From Candidatus Zixiibacteriota bacterium (lineage in GTDB: Bacteria; Zixibacteria; MSB-5A5; GN15; FEB-12): a DNA stretch of 33,665 nt. The DNA lies in the NCBI GenBank assembly GCA_041742355.1, contig JBGSIV010000289.1, forward strand, positions 1-33,665, written 5' to 3'. A program made the position numbers and the translations under genes. The notes under the pieces are model-generated. The model ran no database searches and was not told the origin of the DNA. It worked only from the letters and a program-made list of their open reading frames with translations. Positions 1 to 7,991 of this stretch are shown piece by piece (position 1 is the stretch's first letter; every line of letters begins with the position of its first letter).

Positions 1-141
1 AAAAGTCTATGACTAGTCATTGCGAGCGCAGCGAAGCAATCTCTCCGTTGGCCAAGACGCTGGTACGAAGAGAGATTGCTTCGTCGCTCCGCTCCTCGCA
101 ATGACTGCCAACAGCCGCGCTCGGGGCTTTTCAACAGGCCC
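1..141 (-). mobile_element. MITE copy 1, truncated by the window edge (first 11 bp missing); inverted relative to the copy at 21064-21215
   Basis: 1-141 is the reverse complement of 21064-21204 with about 5 differences. It ends in TIR ...CTTTTCAACAGGCCC and is followed by CTCC-GCGGGAATG, the right half of a REP-like hairpin. Confidence 0.8.
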
Positions 142-284
142 CTCCGCGGGAATGGCGGAAAAGGATGCTAAGCCACTTCCGCGGGAATGACAGGATTTGC
201 ATTGTCCGCCTTCGCTCGGCTGACAGCCATGAGTCTCTCTGATAGAAATTGGGTTCGTTTGCGCGTTTTCGAGTTGTTCGAAAT

Positions 285-325
285 GTCGGGTTTCTCGGAG
301 CTTCGCTCCTCGGAACCCGACCTAC
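285..325 (-). repeat. GTAG-tagged REP-like palindrome, family A (GTAGGTCGGGTTCCGAGG...CGAGAAACCCGAC)
   Basis: Imperfect hairpin with a GTAG tag. Other copies at 20779-20819, 26050-26092, 26305-26347, 26757-26797 (degenerate), 27277-27318 and 27515-27556. Confidence 0.85.
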
Positions 326-948
326 TCTCTGTTCCCCGTCTTCCGGTAATGCATGTAGTGAATTGTCCGTCCCTCGGCGCGCCACTTCTGCTCGAAAAAG
401 GTCGGGGCGTAGCTGAACAGCGCCTCCGGGCCCACGAAAGGCTGACCGTGGGCCGCTGCCCCCATGTTCCGCATCCCGGCGACGCAGTTGGCGCTTTCGA
501 TCGCCCACTCGGCGTACCAGGCGACGTCAGTAGCCATGAAGAGATCACCGCCGGGCTTGAGTGTCGCCGCCAGCAGTTCGAGGAAGCTCGCGTGCAGCAG
601 GCGCTTGAGTTCGTGCCGCGCTTTGGGCCATGGGTCGGGGAACAGGACGTAGATCTTTTCGAATGTCGGTCCGTGGAAGTGCCGGGGCAGGACAATGCGG
701 GCATCGCCGCAGATGAGCTGGATATTGGTCAGCCCCTGTTTCTCGATCCGCGGCAGCATGCGATAGTAGCGCTTCTTGCCGATCTCGATTGCGACCAGGC
801 GTTTCCCGGGCATCGCCCCGGCCAGCGACAGCAAGAGATCGCCGCGCCCGGGACCGATCTCGAGGATATCGCCGCTTCCCGGCTCGCTCCCCTCGGGGTA
901 GACGAGGACCGGTTTCTTTTCTTCCCATGCCCACGGAAATTTTTTCAT
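322..948 (-). CDS. trmB: tRNA (guanine-N7)-methyltransferase TrmB
   Basis: Motifs LEIGPGRG (SAM binding), ICGDAR, FPDPWPKARH..KR, LKPGG..MATD and TFFEQKW. Start moved to ATG 948 because the upstream extension translates a repeat. Confidence 0.9.
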   Translation of the reverse strand: MKKFPWAWEEKKPVLVYPEGSEPGSGDILEIGPGRGDLLLSLAGAMPGKRLVAIEIGKKRYYRMLPRIEKQGLTNIQLICGDARIVLPRHFHGPTFEKIYVLFPDPWPKARHELKRLLHASFLELLAATLKPGGDLFMATDVAWYAEWAIESANCVAGMRNMGAAAHGQPFVGPEALFSYAPTFFEQKWRAEGRTIHYMHYRKTGNRE

Positions 949-1006
949 GGCTGCAAGATGACCTGTTCCGACGCTCAGGCGTAGTCGTCGCCGACGCTCA
1001 GATATT

Positions 1007-1032
1007 GTCATCCCGGCGAAAGCCGGGATCCA
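1007..1032 (+). repeat. GTC-tagged REP-like hairpin GTCATCCCGGCGAAAGCCGGGATCCA
   Basis: Palindrome with relatives at 21049-21230 (split by the MITE), 26593-26618 and 27368-27393; half copies at 146-154, 181-191 and 21291-21301. Confidence 0.8.
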
Positions 1033-1051
1033 TGCCTTTTCTTCTTCACCC

Positions 1052-1081
1052 GTCAAGCACCCAGAGCGGTGCTTGACCTAC
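1052..1081 (-). repeat. GTAG-tagged REP-like palindrome GTAGGTCAAGCACC-N6-GGTGCTTGAC
   Basis: Perfect 10-bp stem; second copy at 20959-20988. Confidence 0.8.
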
Positions 1082-1207
1082 CGCCGTTGACCCACGGATA
1101 CCACAGCAAGTGCGTGGGCGATCCGGTAAAACGAAAGCCTGCCGGGATACACCAGCATCCCCTCAGGCTCGACAAAATACCCAATGCTGCGCGGGCTGTC
1201 AATCGTT

Positions 1208-2104
1208 TCAGGCCAGTACTGCCGCCAGCGCTTCGGGCAGTTCCGGGTGTTTGAACCTGAACCCGGCGTCGGACAGCCGTTCCGGGATTGCCCGGCACGA
1301 CGCCAGCAGCATTTCCTCGGCCATCTGCCCGAGCGCACCCCGGAGCATGAACTCGGGTGCTCGAAACCATGTCGGGCGTTTCACCGCTTTGCCCAGCTCG
1401 GTCGTGAACTCGGCGTTGGTCACCGGGTTCGGCGTCGACAGGTTGATCGGTCCCCGCGCCTGCTCATTGCTGATGAAAAACTCCATCGCCCGCGCGACAT
1501 CTTCGCTCGTCACCCACGACATGTACTGCCGTCCGTCCCCCAGTTTCCCCCCCAGTCCCAGCTTGAACAGCGGCAGCGTTTTCTCCAGCACGCCCCCGAC
1601 CTTGCTCAGGACAACGCCGAGCCGGAACACTACAACGCGTATTCCCGCCTCTGTGGCCGGAGCAGTCGCCGCCTCCCATTTGCGGCAGACATGAGCCAAG
1701 AAGGTCGAACCCGAGGGCGCTTCTTCGTTCACCACGTCATCGCCGGTGTTGCCGTAGTAGCCGACCGCCGACGCCGACAGAAACAGCTTCGGTTTGGGTT
1801 CCATCGCCGCGACAGTCCGAGCGAGTAGCGCAGTGCTGTCAACCCGGCTGGAAAGGATCTTCCGCTTCTTCTCTTTGGTCCACAGCCCCGAACCGAGGTT
1901 CTCACCGGAGAGGTTGATCACCACTTCAATCCCCTGCATCGCAGCGGCATCGATCCGGTCGCTGGCCGGATTCCATCCGATCTCCCGCTCGGGATCCTTT
2001 ACCTCCCGCCGCACCAGTTGCAAGACGCGGTGGCCGCGCGATTCGAGGTGCGGCATGATCGCCGATCCGAGCAATCCCGATCCCCCTGCGACTGCGACTC
2101 TCAT
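1208..2104 (-). CDS. TIGR01777 family (YfcH-like) NAD-dependent epimerase/oxidoreductase
   Basis: Motifs GGSGLLG (Rossmann), VINLSGENL, SRVDST, SASAVGYYG, LGGKLGDGRQYMSW, NPVTNAEF and GFRFKHP; AGGAGA RBS before ATG 2104. Confidence 0.92.
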   Translation of the reverse strand: MRVAVAGGSGLLGSAIMPHLESRGHRVLQLVRREVKDPEREIGWNPASDRIDAAAMQGIEVVINLSGENLGSGLWTKEKKRKILSSRVDSTALLARTVAAMEPKPKLFLSASAVGYYGNTGDDVVNEEAPSGSTFLAHVCRKWEAATAPATEAGIRVVVFRLGVVLSKVGGVLEKTLPLFKLGLGGKLGDGRQYMSWVTSEDVARAMEFFISNEQARGPINLSTPNPVTNAEFTTELGKAVKRPTWFRAPEFMLRGALGQMAEEMLLASCRAIPERLSDAGFRFKHPELPEALAAVLA

Positions 2105-2176
2105 CGTCTCTCCTATCCGAAAGTCCAACCTGCTTCCGCTATAACCTACGCGCGTACCACCGATAATCCAACACAC

Positions 2177-2220
2177 AAAAAAACGGGCTCCCCGGCAGGA
2201 GCGCGGCGCCGGGAAGCCCG
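2177..2220 (-). terminator. Intrinsic terminator after the beta-propeller lipoprotein gene
   Basis: GC stem CGGGCTTCCCGGC/GCCGGGGAGCCCG followed by T7 on the minus strand. Confidence 0.75.
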
Positions 2221-2240
2221 ATAGTGCGATCATTCGACCG

Positions 2241-3446
2241 CTATTCAGTCGTGTCGTAGACCGCTACCGGCTCAATCGCCGCCGGCTCAAAGACTGCCGG
2301 CTCAACTGCGACCGGTTCAATCGCTGCCGTCTCGACCGTTGGTACAGCCTGAAGTTCGGCCGGGGATTCGGCAGTGAACTCGGCCTGGGGTTCGGTCGGG
2401 AGTTGGGCGGCCTCGAAAACATCGGCCTGCGGCTCGATCAGCGTCGTCACCACCGGCCCCGCTTTCAGGAGCAGTCCGTTCCCTTCGGTCGCCACCACCA
2501 TTTTGCTGCCGATCACGCGGACATCGGCGGCCACGATTCCCTCGAACTTCTCGACCGGCATGATATTGTAGTTGAACCACGACACCACACCGCCGTCGGT
2601 GGCGATATACACCACCCAGCCCGAGGCATCGATACCATTCACCGTGTTCGACAGCAACCCGCTCTCGGTCGTGACCGTGGTCCAGCGGCCGCCGTTGTAG
2701 ACATACAGCGCGTCATCGGTCCCGACAAAAAGGTGGTTGTGGCTGAAATCCAGCGCGTTGACCACGTCGAACACCGCCGTGTCACGGTGCAGGAAGCGGC
2801 GCTTGAACTCGTTGCCATCCCAGCGGTAGAGCCCGGCGCCGTCGGTGCCGACCCACAGCCCGCTGTTGTCCGAGGCCATCGCGGTCACGACGACTCCGTC
2901 GAAGAGCACGACATCGCCAAAGATCGATTTGGCGTACAGCCCTTCGGTGGTGCCGACCATGAGGTAGATGTCGTGGCTGTACAGCGATCCGATTGTTCCC
3001 GCGAACGCCATCGGCACCGGTTCGAGCAGGCCGTCGGCGAACAAGAACAGGCCGTCGCCGCCGACATAGATCTTCCCGGCGTGCGTAGCGATTGCGTGGA
3101 GCGACCCGCCCGCGGCTACCCGCTGTTCGGTTTTGTTCGTCAGGCTGTACACGATCAGTTCGTTGCCGCTGACCGCGTACACGGTGCTGTCGACCAGGAT
3201 CATATCGTCGAACGCGTAGAGGCCGTCGTCGATGGCGTCGCTTCCGTTCGACGCGAACAGCGCTTCTTCGCGTGCAAGGCGCTGCTCTTCGATCTGGGCG
3301 ATCAGTGCCGAGGAAGTGCTGTCGGTCACATCGGTCGATGAGAGTCCGCCCGGCTGGGGCTTGTCCTTGTCGGAGCAGCCATTGGTCATCAGTCCGGCAG
3401 CGATCACAGCCGCCGCCATCGTGGTGAAGAATCCTTTCGATTTCAT
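2241..3446 (-). CDS. Lipoprotein with a beta-propeller (ligand-binding/sensor-type repeats) and an acidic Pro/Ala-rich tail
   Basis: Lipobox-like LMTNGC; blades such as LWVGTDGAGLY, LFVGTDDALY, VYIATDGGV and GLLSNTVN; AGGAGG RBS before ATG 3446. Confidence 0.75.
   Translation of the reverse strand: MKSKGFFTTMAAAVIAAGLMTNGCSDKDKPQPGGLSSTDVTDSTSSALIAQIEEQRLAREEALFASNGSDAIDDGLYAFDDMILVDSTVYAVSGNELIVYSLTNKTEQRVAAGGSLHAIATHAGKIYVGGDGLFLFADGLLEPVPMAFAGTIGSLYSHDIYLMVGTTEGLYAKSIFGDVVLFDGVVVTAMASDNSGLWVGTDGAGLYRWDGNEFKRRFLHRDTAVFDVVNALDFSHNHLFVGTDDALYVYNGGRWTTVTTESGLLSNTVNGIDASGWVVYIATDGGVVSWFNYNIMPVEKFEGIVAADVRVIGSKMVVATEGNGLLLKAGPVVTTLIEPQADVFEAAQLPTEPQAEFTAESPAELQAVPTVETAAIEPVAVEPAVFEPAAIEPVAVYDTTE
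2267..2326. repeat. 4 x 15-bp coding tandem repeat (AAIEP/VAVEP/AVFEP/AAIEP)
   Basis: CCGG(C/T)TCAA units at 2267, 2282, 2297 and 2312. Confidence 0.8.
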
Positions 3447-3497
3447 TTCAGTCCTCCTGAGGTTTGGTGGTTTCGGTTGCATCTGACCGCCAACCAT

Positions 3498-3513
3498 TAC
3501 AAGAGGTGTGCCA
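3498..3513 (-). promoter_or_regulatory. Candidate sigma-54 (-24/-12) promoter
   Basis: Minus strand reads TGGCAC-ACCTC-TTGTA (consensus TGGCAC-N5-TTGC, one mismatch at -12), about 50 bp upstream of ATG 3446; a sigma-54 activator is encoded in the divergent operon. Confidence 0.55.
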
Positions 3514-3580
3514 TAATCCGTATCCTGCACTGCGGGTTACACTTACGGCGTTTTCCCGGTCGCCGATGAATGAGGTGATT

Positions 3581-3663
3581 TGTGTCTTGCATGACACAGT
3601 CCTTGTGTCGTCATAAAACTCCCGTTATTATTCAACGACTTACGTTGTGTCAATCGTGCCACA
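3581..3663. promoter_or_regulatory. Candidate upstream activator sites TGTGTC-N6-GACACA
   Basis: Perfect dyad at 3581-3598, one-mismatch dyad at 3646-3663, half site at 3604-3609. Confidence 0.5.
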
Positions 3664-3729
3664 GGACAAAATCTGTCGCACGCACTGACCCCGAGGCACC
3701 TTGCGCTGTATACAGGACAGGAGAACCAC

Positions 3730-4959
3730 ATGAACGCGTTCATCGCCGCCCTGCTCGTCCTGTTGACTGCCGCGGCGCTTGTCGCCCAAAGCGACAGCGA
3801 GCGGCTTTCCGCCGTCCCCCTTCAGTACAAACTCGACCGGCTGTATTTCGGCGCCGGTTTGGAGGAACGGATCTATCCCAACTGCCGCTTTGTCGTTATG
3901 CGCGGCAAGGAGGCGGTGTACACCGGCTGCATTGAATCCTCTTATCCTGGAGTTTCTCTCAGCTACCCGACCGGGCAGGCCTTCGATACGCTTCCTTTAT
4001 CCGACGTGGTCGTGCAGATCGAGCGCGCCCCGCTCGATACGTCCGCGACGGTCATCCTCGGGCATGTCGGCTACCTGCCTTTCACTCTGGATGCGCCGGG
4101 CGATTCCACCGTGGCACTGCCGGCTGTGCGTGAATACAAGTCGCCGTTCGAGATGTCACTCGCGTTTGAGCAGGGTGTTGTCGACGGCTGCTTCAGCTAC
4201 CGGAAAGTCAGCTTCCCCAATACCGGGGGCACGGTCGCACGCCCGGCCCCGTTCTTTATCGCCCTGCTTCCCAATCCATCGCGCGAGATCACCCGCAGCG
4301 GTTTCCTCACCACTTCGCTGTACTACCGCCTCGACCCGCAGCGGTTGCCGATGTATTTCGATGGCGACGCGATCCGGCCTTTTCACCGGCTGCGCGGTGA
4401 GGATGCGGCTTCTGCCCGCCCCTTCCCCTACTCTCCGTCGCAGGGGCGGACGCTACTGGAAAACATTCGCTCGCGTTCGCGAACGGTGAGTATCAGTGTC
4501 GAGCATCCGATGCTCAACGCCGCCGCCGGCTATTTCGCCGACATTCTGTCCCGGGACCGTTTCCAGACGTCGACAGTCGGTGACCCGCGCAAGGCTGATA
4601 TCCGGCTGGTGTGCGTTCCGCTCGATGTTCCCGACGTGACGATACTGAGGTACATCACAGGCCTGCTGGCCGCCGATACGGTCGCCGGCTCTGCCGCCAA
4701 TGAGACGGTTCGCATAATCGATGGCTACCTGCGCACCGCCGCGCTGTCATCGGATTCCGCCAGGCAGGAGCAGTACCTCATGCTGGCGGAATCAGCGTTG
4801 CGCGACGACATCGGTGTGCTGCCACTGTTCCGTCCGACCCTCTTCTTCACGCCGGGGCAGGCGTTGATCGGAGAGGCCTTCCTTCCCGGAGGCGGCATCG
4901 ACGGCTCCGGCCTCCGCAAAGTCCGCCTGCCTGAAGCGGTGGAAGGATGCGGGCGATGA
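3730..4959 (+). CDS. Secreted protein with a C-terminal region resembling family-5 solute-binding proteins
   Basis: Signal peptide; C-terminal D..RQEQY..AE..LRDDIGVLPLF resembles SBP_bac_5 ends; GGAG RBS; ATGA overlap with the kinase gene. Confidence 0.6.
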   Translation: MNAFIAALLVLLTAAALVAQSDSERLSAVPLQYKLDRLYFGAGLEERIYPNCRFVVMRGKEAVYTGCIESSYPGVSLSYPTGQAFDTLPLSDVVVQIERAPLDTSATVILGHVGYLPFTLDAPGDSTVALPAVREYKSPFEMSLAFEQGVVDGCFSYRKVSFPNTGGTVARPAPFFIALLPNPSREITRSGFLTTSLYYRLDPQRLPMYFDGDAIRPFHRLRGEDAASARPFPYSPSQGRTLLENIRSRSRTVSISVEHPMLNAAAGYFADILSRDRFQTSTVGDPRKADIRLVCVPLDVPDVTILRYITGLLAADTVAGSAANETVRIIDGYLRTAALSSDSARQEQYLMLAESALRDDIGVLPLFRPTLFFTPGQALIGEAFLPGGGIDGSGLRKVRLPEAVEGCGR

Positions 4960-6590
4960 CGTTCACCGGGCGGATCCGTACGTGGCTGATCATTGTCGCG
5001 GTCGCGCCGACACTGATAGTGCTGTCGGTGATTTACTTTCTCGGCCAGCGGCAGGCGTCGTCGGCCGAGCGTGTCGCGGCCCAGCGGGGGCTCGACCGTT
5101 TCGCGCACTTCCACGCCGCCTACACAGGGGAACTCACGACTGCCGTCCGCGACGCGGCGGCTTCATCCGATGTTGCCCGCGCCCTATTGCTGCTGGACGC
5201 CGACCGCCCGGCCGACGTGCGAATCGGTTCCATTCCGGCCAATCTTGATTTCCTGGAAATCCTCGATACGAATTACACCGTCCTGGCCAGCCACCACCGT
5301 CCCGGTTTGATTGGCGAAGTTCTGACGAAGATGCGGGAGCAGCCGGATGCCGCCGGCCTTGTGGCCACGGTTGAGATTGACATCTCCGGCTCTCATGCCG
5401 CCATCGGCCACATCGTCCCGGTTGGCGAGAAGTATGCTGTCTACGCCGGCAAATACCTCGATAGTTCTTACCTCTCGTCGGTCGAACGGCTGATTGCCGC
5501 CAATGCCCGGATCGATTTCGCCGAGGATGCCCCGGCGCTGCTTGACAATATGTCGCCCGAGCGGCTGTACACCGACGGCGACTCGCTGCGCGCGGTGCTG
5601 ATCGGGGCGGGGGAGGACGGCTACTATCTGTCGGCGGCGTTCACCGCCGGCCCCGCCACGGCGATTTTCGGCAATCTGCTGCTCATCACCGGTGTGGTCG
5701 CGCTCGTTTCAGTCCTTGTCGCGGTCGCTCTCGGGATCTACATCGCCGGGCGCGCCAAACGGGAATTCGACAATCTCATCTCCGCGACCGCCCGGGTTTC
5801 ATCGGGGGATTTCTCGACGCCGGTGATGGCCTACGACGAAGGGGAGTTTGCCCAGCTCGCCGACTCCTTCACCGAGATGACGTTCCGCCTGAAAGATGTC
5901 CAGCGGCGTCTCGCCACCAGCGAGAAGATAGCCGCGTGGCAGGCGGTGGGTCGGAAGATCGCGCATGAAATCAAGAATCCGCTCACGCCGATAGCGATCA
6001 GCACAGACGATTTGCGCCGCTCGTACCACGAGCAGCTGCCCGACTTTCCCGCGATTCTGGACGAAACGACCACGACGATAAAGTCCGAGGTCACCCGGCT
6101 TACGCGACTGCTGGACGAGTTCGTGCGTTTCGCCCGAATGAGCCCGCCGATCTTCCGGGATGTCGCGCCGAAAGACCTGCTCCCGCCACTCGAATCACTC
6201 TATCGCGCGGAGGTCGCCGCACGGCGCCTGACGCTGACGAATGCCGGCACCCTGCAGAGCGTTAACCTCGATCCCGACGCCCTCCAGCAGGTGCTCGTCA
6301 ACCTGATCAAGAACGGCCTTGAGGCCGGTCCCGTCAGCTGCGTTACAGTTACGTTGAGCGATGAGGCTGACCTGCTCGTCCTCACGGTCGCCGACACCGG
6401 CCCGGGCTTCCCAGGCGATATTCTCACCCGCGGGTTCGAGCCGTATGTCTCCACGAAGAAGGGGGGCAGCGGTCTCGGTCTTGTCATCTGCCAGCGTATC
6501 GTGTACGACCACGGCGGCACGGTCGAATTGTCCAATCGCCCCGAGGGGGGCGCCCAGGTAACCATCAAACTCCCGGTGTCCCATGGCTAA
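4956..6590 (+). CDS. HAMP-domain sensor histidine kinase, NtrY-like
   Basis: Two TM segments, HAMP, H-box AAWQAVGRKIAHEIKNPLTPI, N-box NLIKNG, DTGPG, GSGLGL. Alternative start at 4947. Confidence 0.9.
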   Translation: MTFTGRIRTWLIIVAVAPTLIVLSVIYFLGQRQASSAERVAAQRGLDRFAHFHAAYTGELTTAVRDAAASSDVARALLLLDADRPADVRIGSIPANLDFLEILDTNYTVLASHHRPGLIGEVLTKMREQPDAAGLVATVEIDISGSHAAIGHIVPVGEKYAVYAGKYLDSSYLSSVERLIAANARIDFAEDAPALLDNMSPERLYTDGDSLRAVLIGAGEDGYYLSAAFTAGPATAIFGNLLLITGVVALVSVLVAVALGIYIAGRAKREFDNLISATARVSSGDFSTPVMAYDEGEFAQLADSFTEMTFRLKDVQRRLATSEKIAAWQAVGRKIAHEIKNPLTPIAISTDDLRRSYHEQLPDFPAILDETTTTIKSEVTRLTRLLDEFVRFARMSPPIFRDVAPKDLLPPLESLYRAEVAARRLTLTNAGTLQSVNLDPDALQQVLVNLIKNGLEAGPVSCVTVTLSDEADLLVLTVADTGPGFPGDILTRGFEPYVSTKKGGSGLGLVICQRIVYDHGGTVELSNRPEGGAQVTIKLPVSHG

Positions 6591-7899
6591 GATCCTTATT
6601 GTCGACGATGAAGAGAACATCCGCGGTTCGCTCAAGTCCGCTCTCGAACGCCGCGGCCACGAGACAGTGACCGCCGAGTCGTTCGCGCGCGGGATGGAGT
6701 TTGTCACCGGCCGCTTCGACCTGATTTTCCTCGATGTGCTCCTGGGCGACGGCAACGGAATCGATTTGCTGCGTCTTGCGCTCGAACGCAACCCCCGGCA
6801 CATAATCGTCATGATTTCCGGGCACGCCGATATCGACATGGCGGTCGAGGCCACCCGGGCAGGTGCCTACGATTTTATCGAGAAGCCGCTCTCGCTGGAC
6901 CGCGTGCTGGTGACCATCGACAACGTCGTGCGGACCCGCCGCCTGCAGGCCGAGGCCGACCGCCTGGCGTCACGGGCCTATGGGGAGTTTGTCGGTGAAT
7001 CAGATGTCATCGTTCGCCTCAAAGCCGACATTCTGAAGTCGGCCCCGAAGGCCTCCCGCTTTCTCATTCTCGGCGAGAACGGCACCGGCAAGGAATTGGT
7101 TGCGAGCATGATCCACCGCGCCGGGCCACGCGCGAACGGCCCGTTTGTCGCGGTGAATTGCGCCGCGATTCCGGCGGAACTCGTCGAGTCCGAGCTCTTC
7201 GGTCACATCAGAGGTTCGTTCACGGGCGCCCGGGCGGATCGCAAGGGGAAGTTTGTCGAGGCGGATCAGGGTTCGATCTTTCTGGATGAAATCAGCGAGA
7301 TGCCGGCAGAGGCGCAGGCCAAGATCCTCCGGGTTCTCGAAACCCGGCAGGTCACGCCGGTCGGCGCGAGCAAGACGACCACGGTCGACTGCACGATCAT
7401 CGCCGCCTCGAATCGCAACCTCGAACGGATGGTGGCCGAGGGGACGTTCCGGCAGGATCTTCTCTATCGCCTCAATGTCGTGAGCTTCACTCTTCCGCCG
7501 TTGCGCGAACGCAAGAGCGATATTCCGCTCCTGGCGGCGCACTTCCTCGGCCGTTTTGCCGACGATACCGGCACGGCGCCAAAACAGCTTGACTCGGAGG
7601 CCATGAAGATGCTCTGTGCGTATGATTTTCCGGGGAATATCCGCGAGTTGAAGAACCTGATGGAGCGGGTGAGCATCTACTGCGACCGGGCGGTAGTCAC
7701 CCGCCTTGACCTCAAGCCCCTCCTGCCGCCGAATGCCGCCGGCAACTCCCGACGCTCCCTCAAGGAGGCGGTGCAGGAATTCGAGCGGGAGTATATAGAA
7801 ACGGCCATCCGCCGCAACGACGGCAACATGACCGAGACCGCGAAGGAACTGAAGGTCGAGCGTTCGCTGCTCTATAAGAAAATCAAGCGGCTGGAGTAG
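6583..7899 (+). CDS. Sigma-54-dependent response regulator (NtrC/NtrX family)
   Basis: Receiver domain (VDDE, FLDV, EKP), Walker A GENGTGKE, ESELFGH..GSFTGA, FLDEI, FRQDLLYRL, Fis-type HTH. Confidence 0.95.
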   Translation: MAKILIVDDEENIRGSLKSALERRGHETVTAESFARGMEFVTGRFDLIFLDVLLGDGNGIDLLRLALERNPRHIIVMISGHADIDMAVEATRAGAYDFIEKPLSLDRVLVTIDNVVRTRRLQAEADRLASRAYGEFVGESDVIVRLKADILKSAPKASRFLILGENGTGKELVASMIHRAGPRANGPFVAVNCAAIPAELVESELFGHIRGSFTGARADRKGKFVEADQGSIFLDEISEMPAEAQAKILRVLETRQVTPVGASKTTTVDCTIIAASNRNLERMVAEGTFRQDLLYRLNVVSFTLPPLRERKSDIPLLAAHFLGRFADDTGTAPKQLDSEAMKMLCAYDFPGNIRELKNLMERVSIYCDRAVVTRLDLKPLLPPNAAGNSRRSLKEAVQEFEREYIETAIRRNDGNMTETAKELKVERSLLYKKIKRLE

Positions 7900-7991
7900 G
7901 CTGAGGCAGACCGGGTGGATTGCGGCCTTGCCACAATCCGCCCGATCGGCCTGACGACTCTCGGCTCCAATGAGTCGGGAAGCGCCTCCAC

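Noticed and set aside
949..1056. 36-aa N-terminal extension of TrmB containing WIPAFAGMT
   Set aside because: It is the translation of the palindromic repeat at 1007-1032, not part of TrmB.
4956..7899. Assigning ntrY/ntrX gene names and a nitrogen-regulation role
   Set aside because: Family motifs match, but the kinase lacks an evident PAS domain and there is no nitrogen-related gene context.
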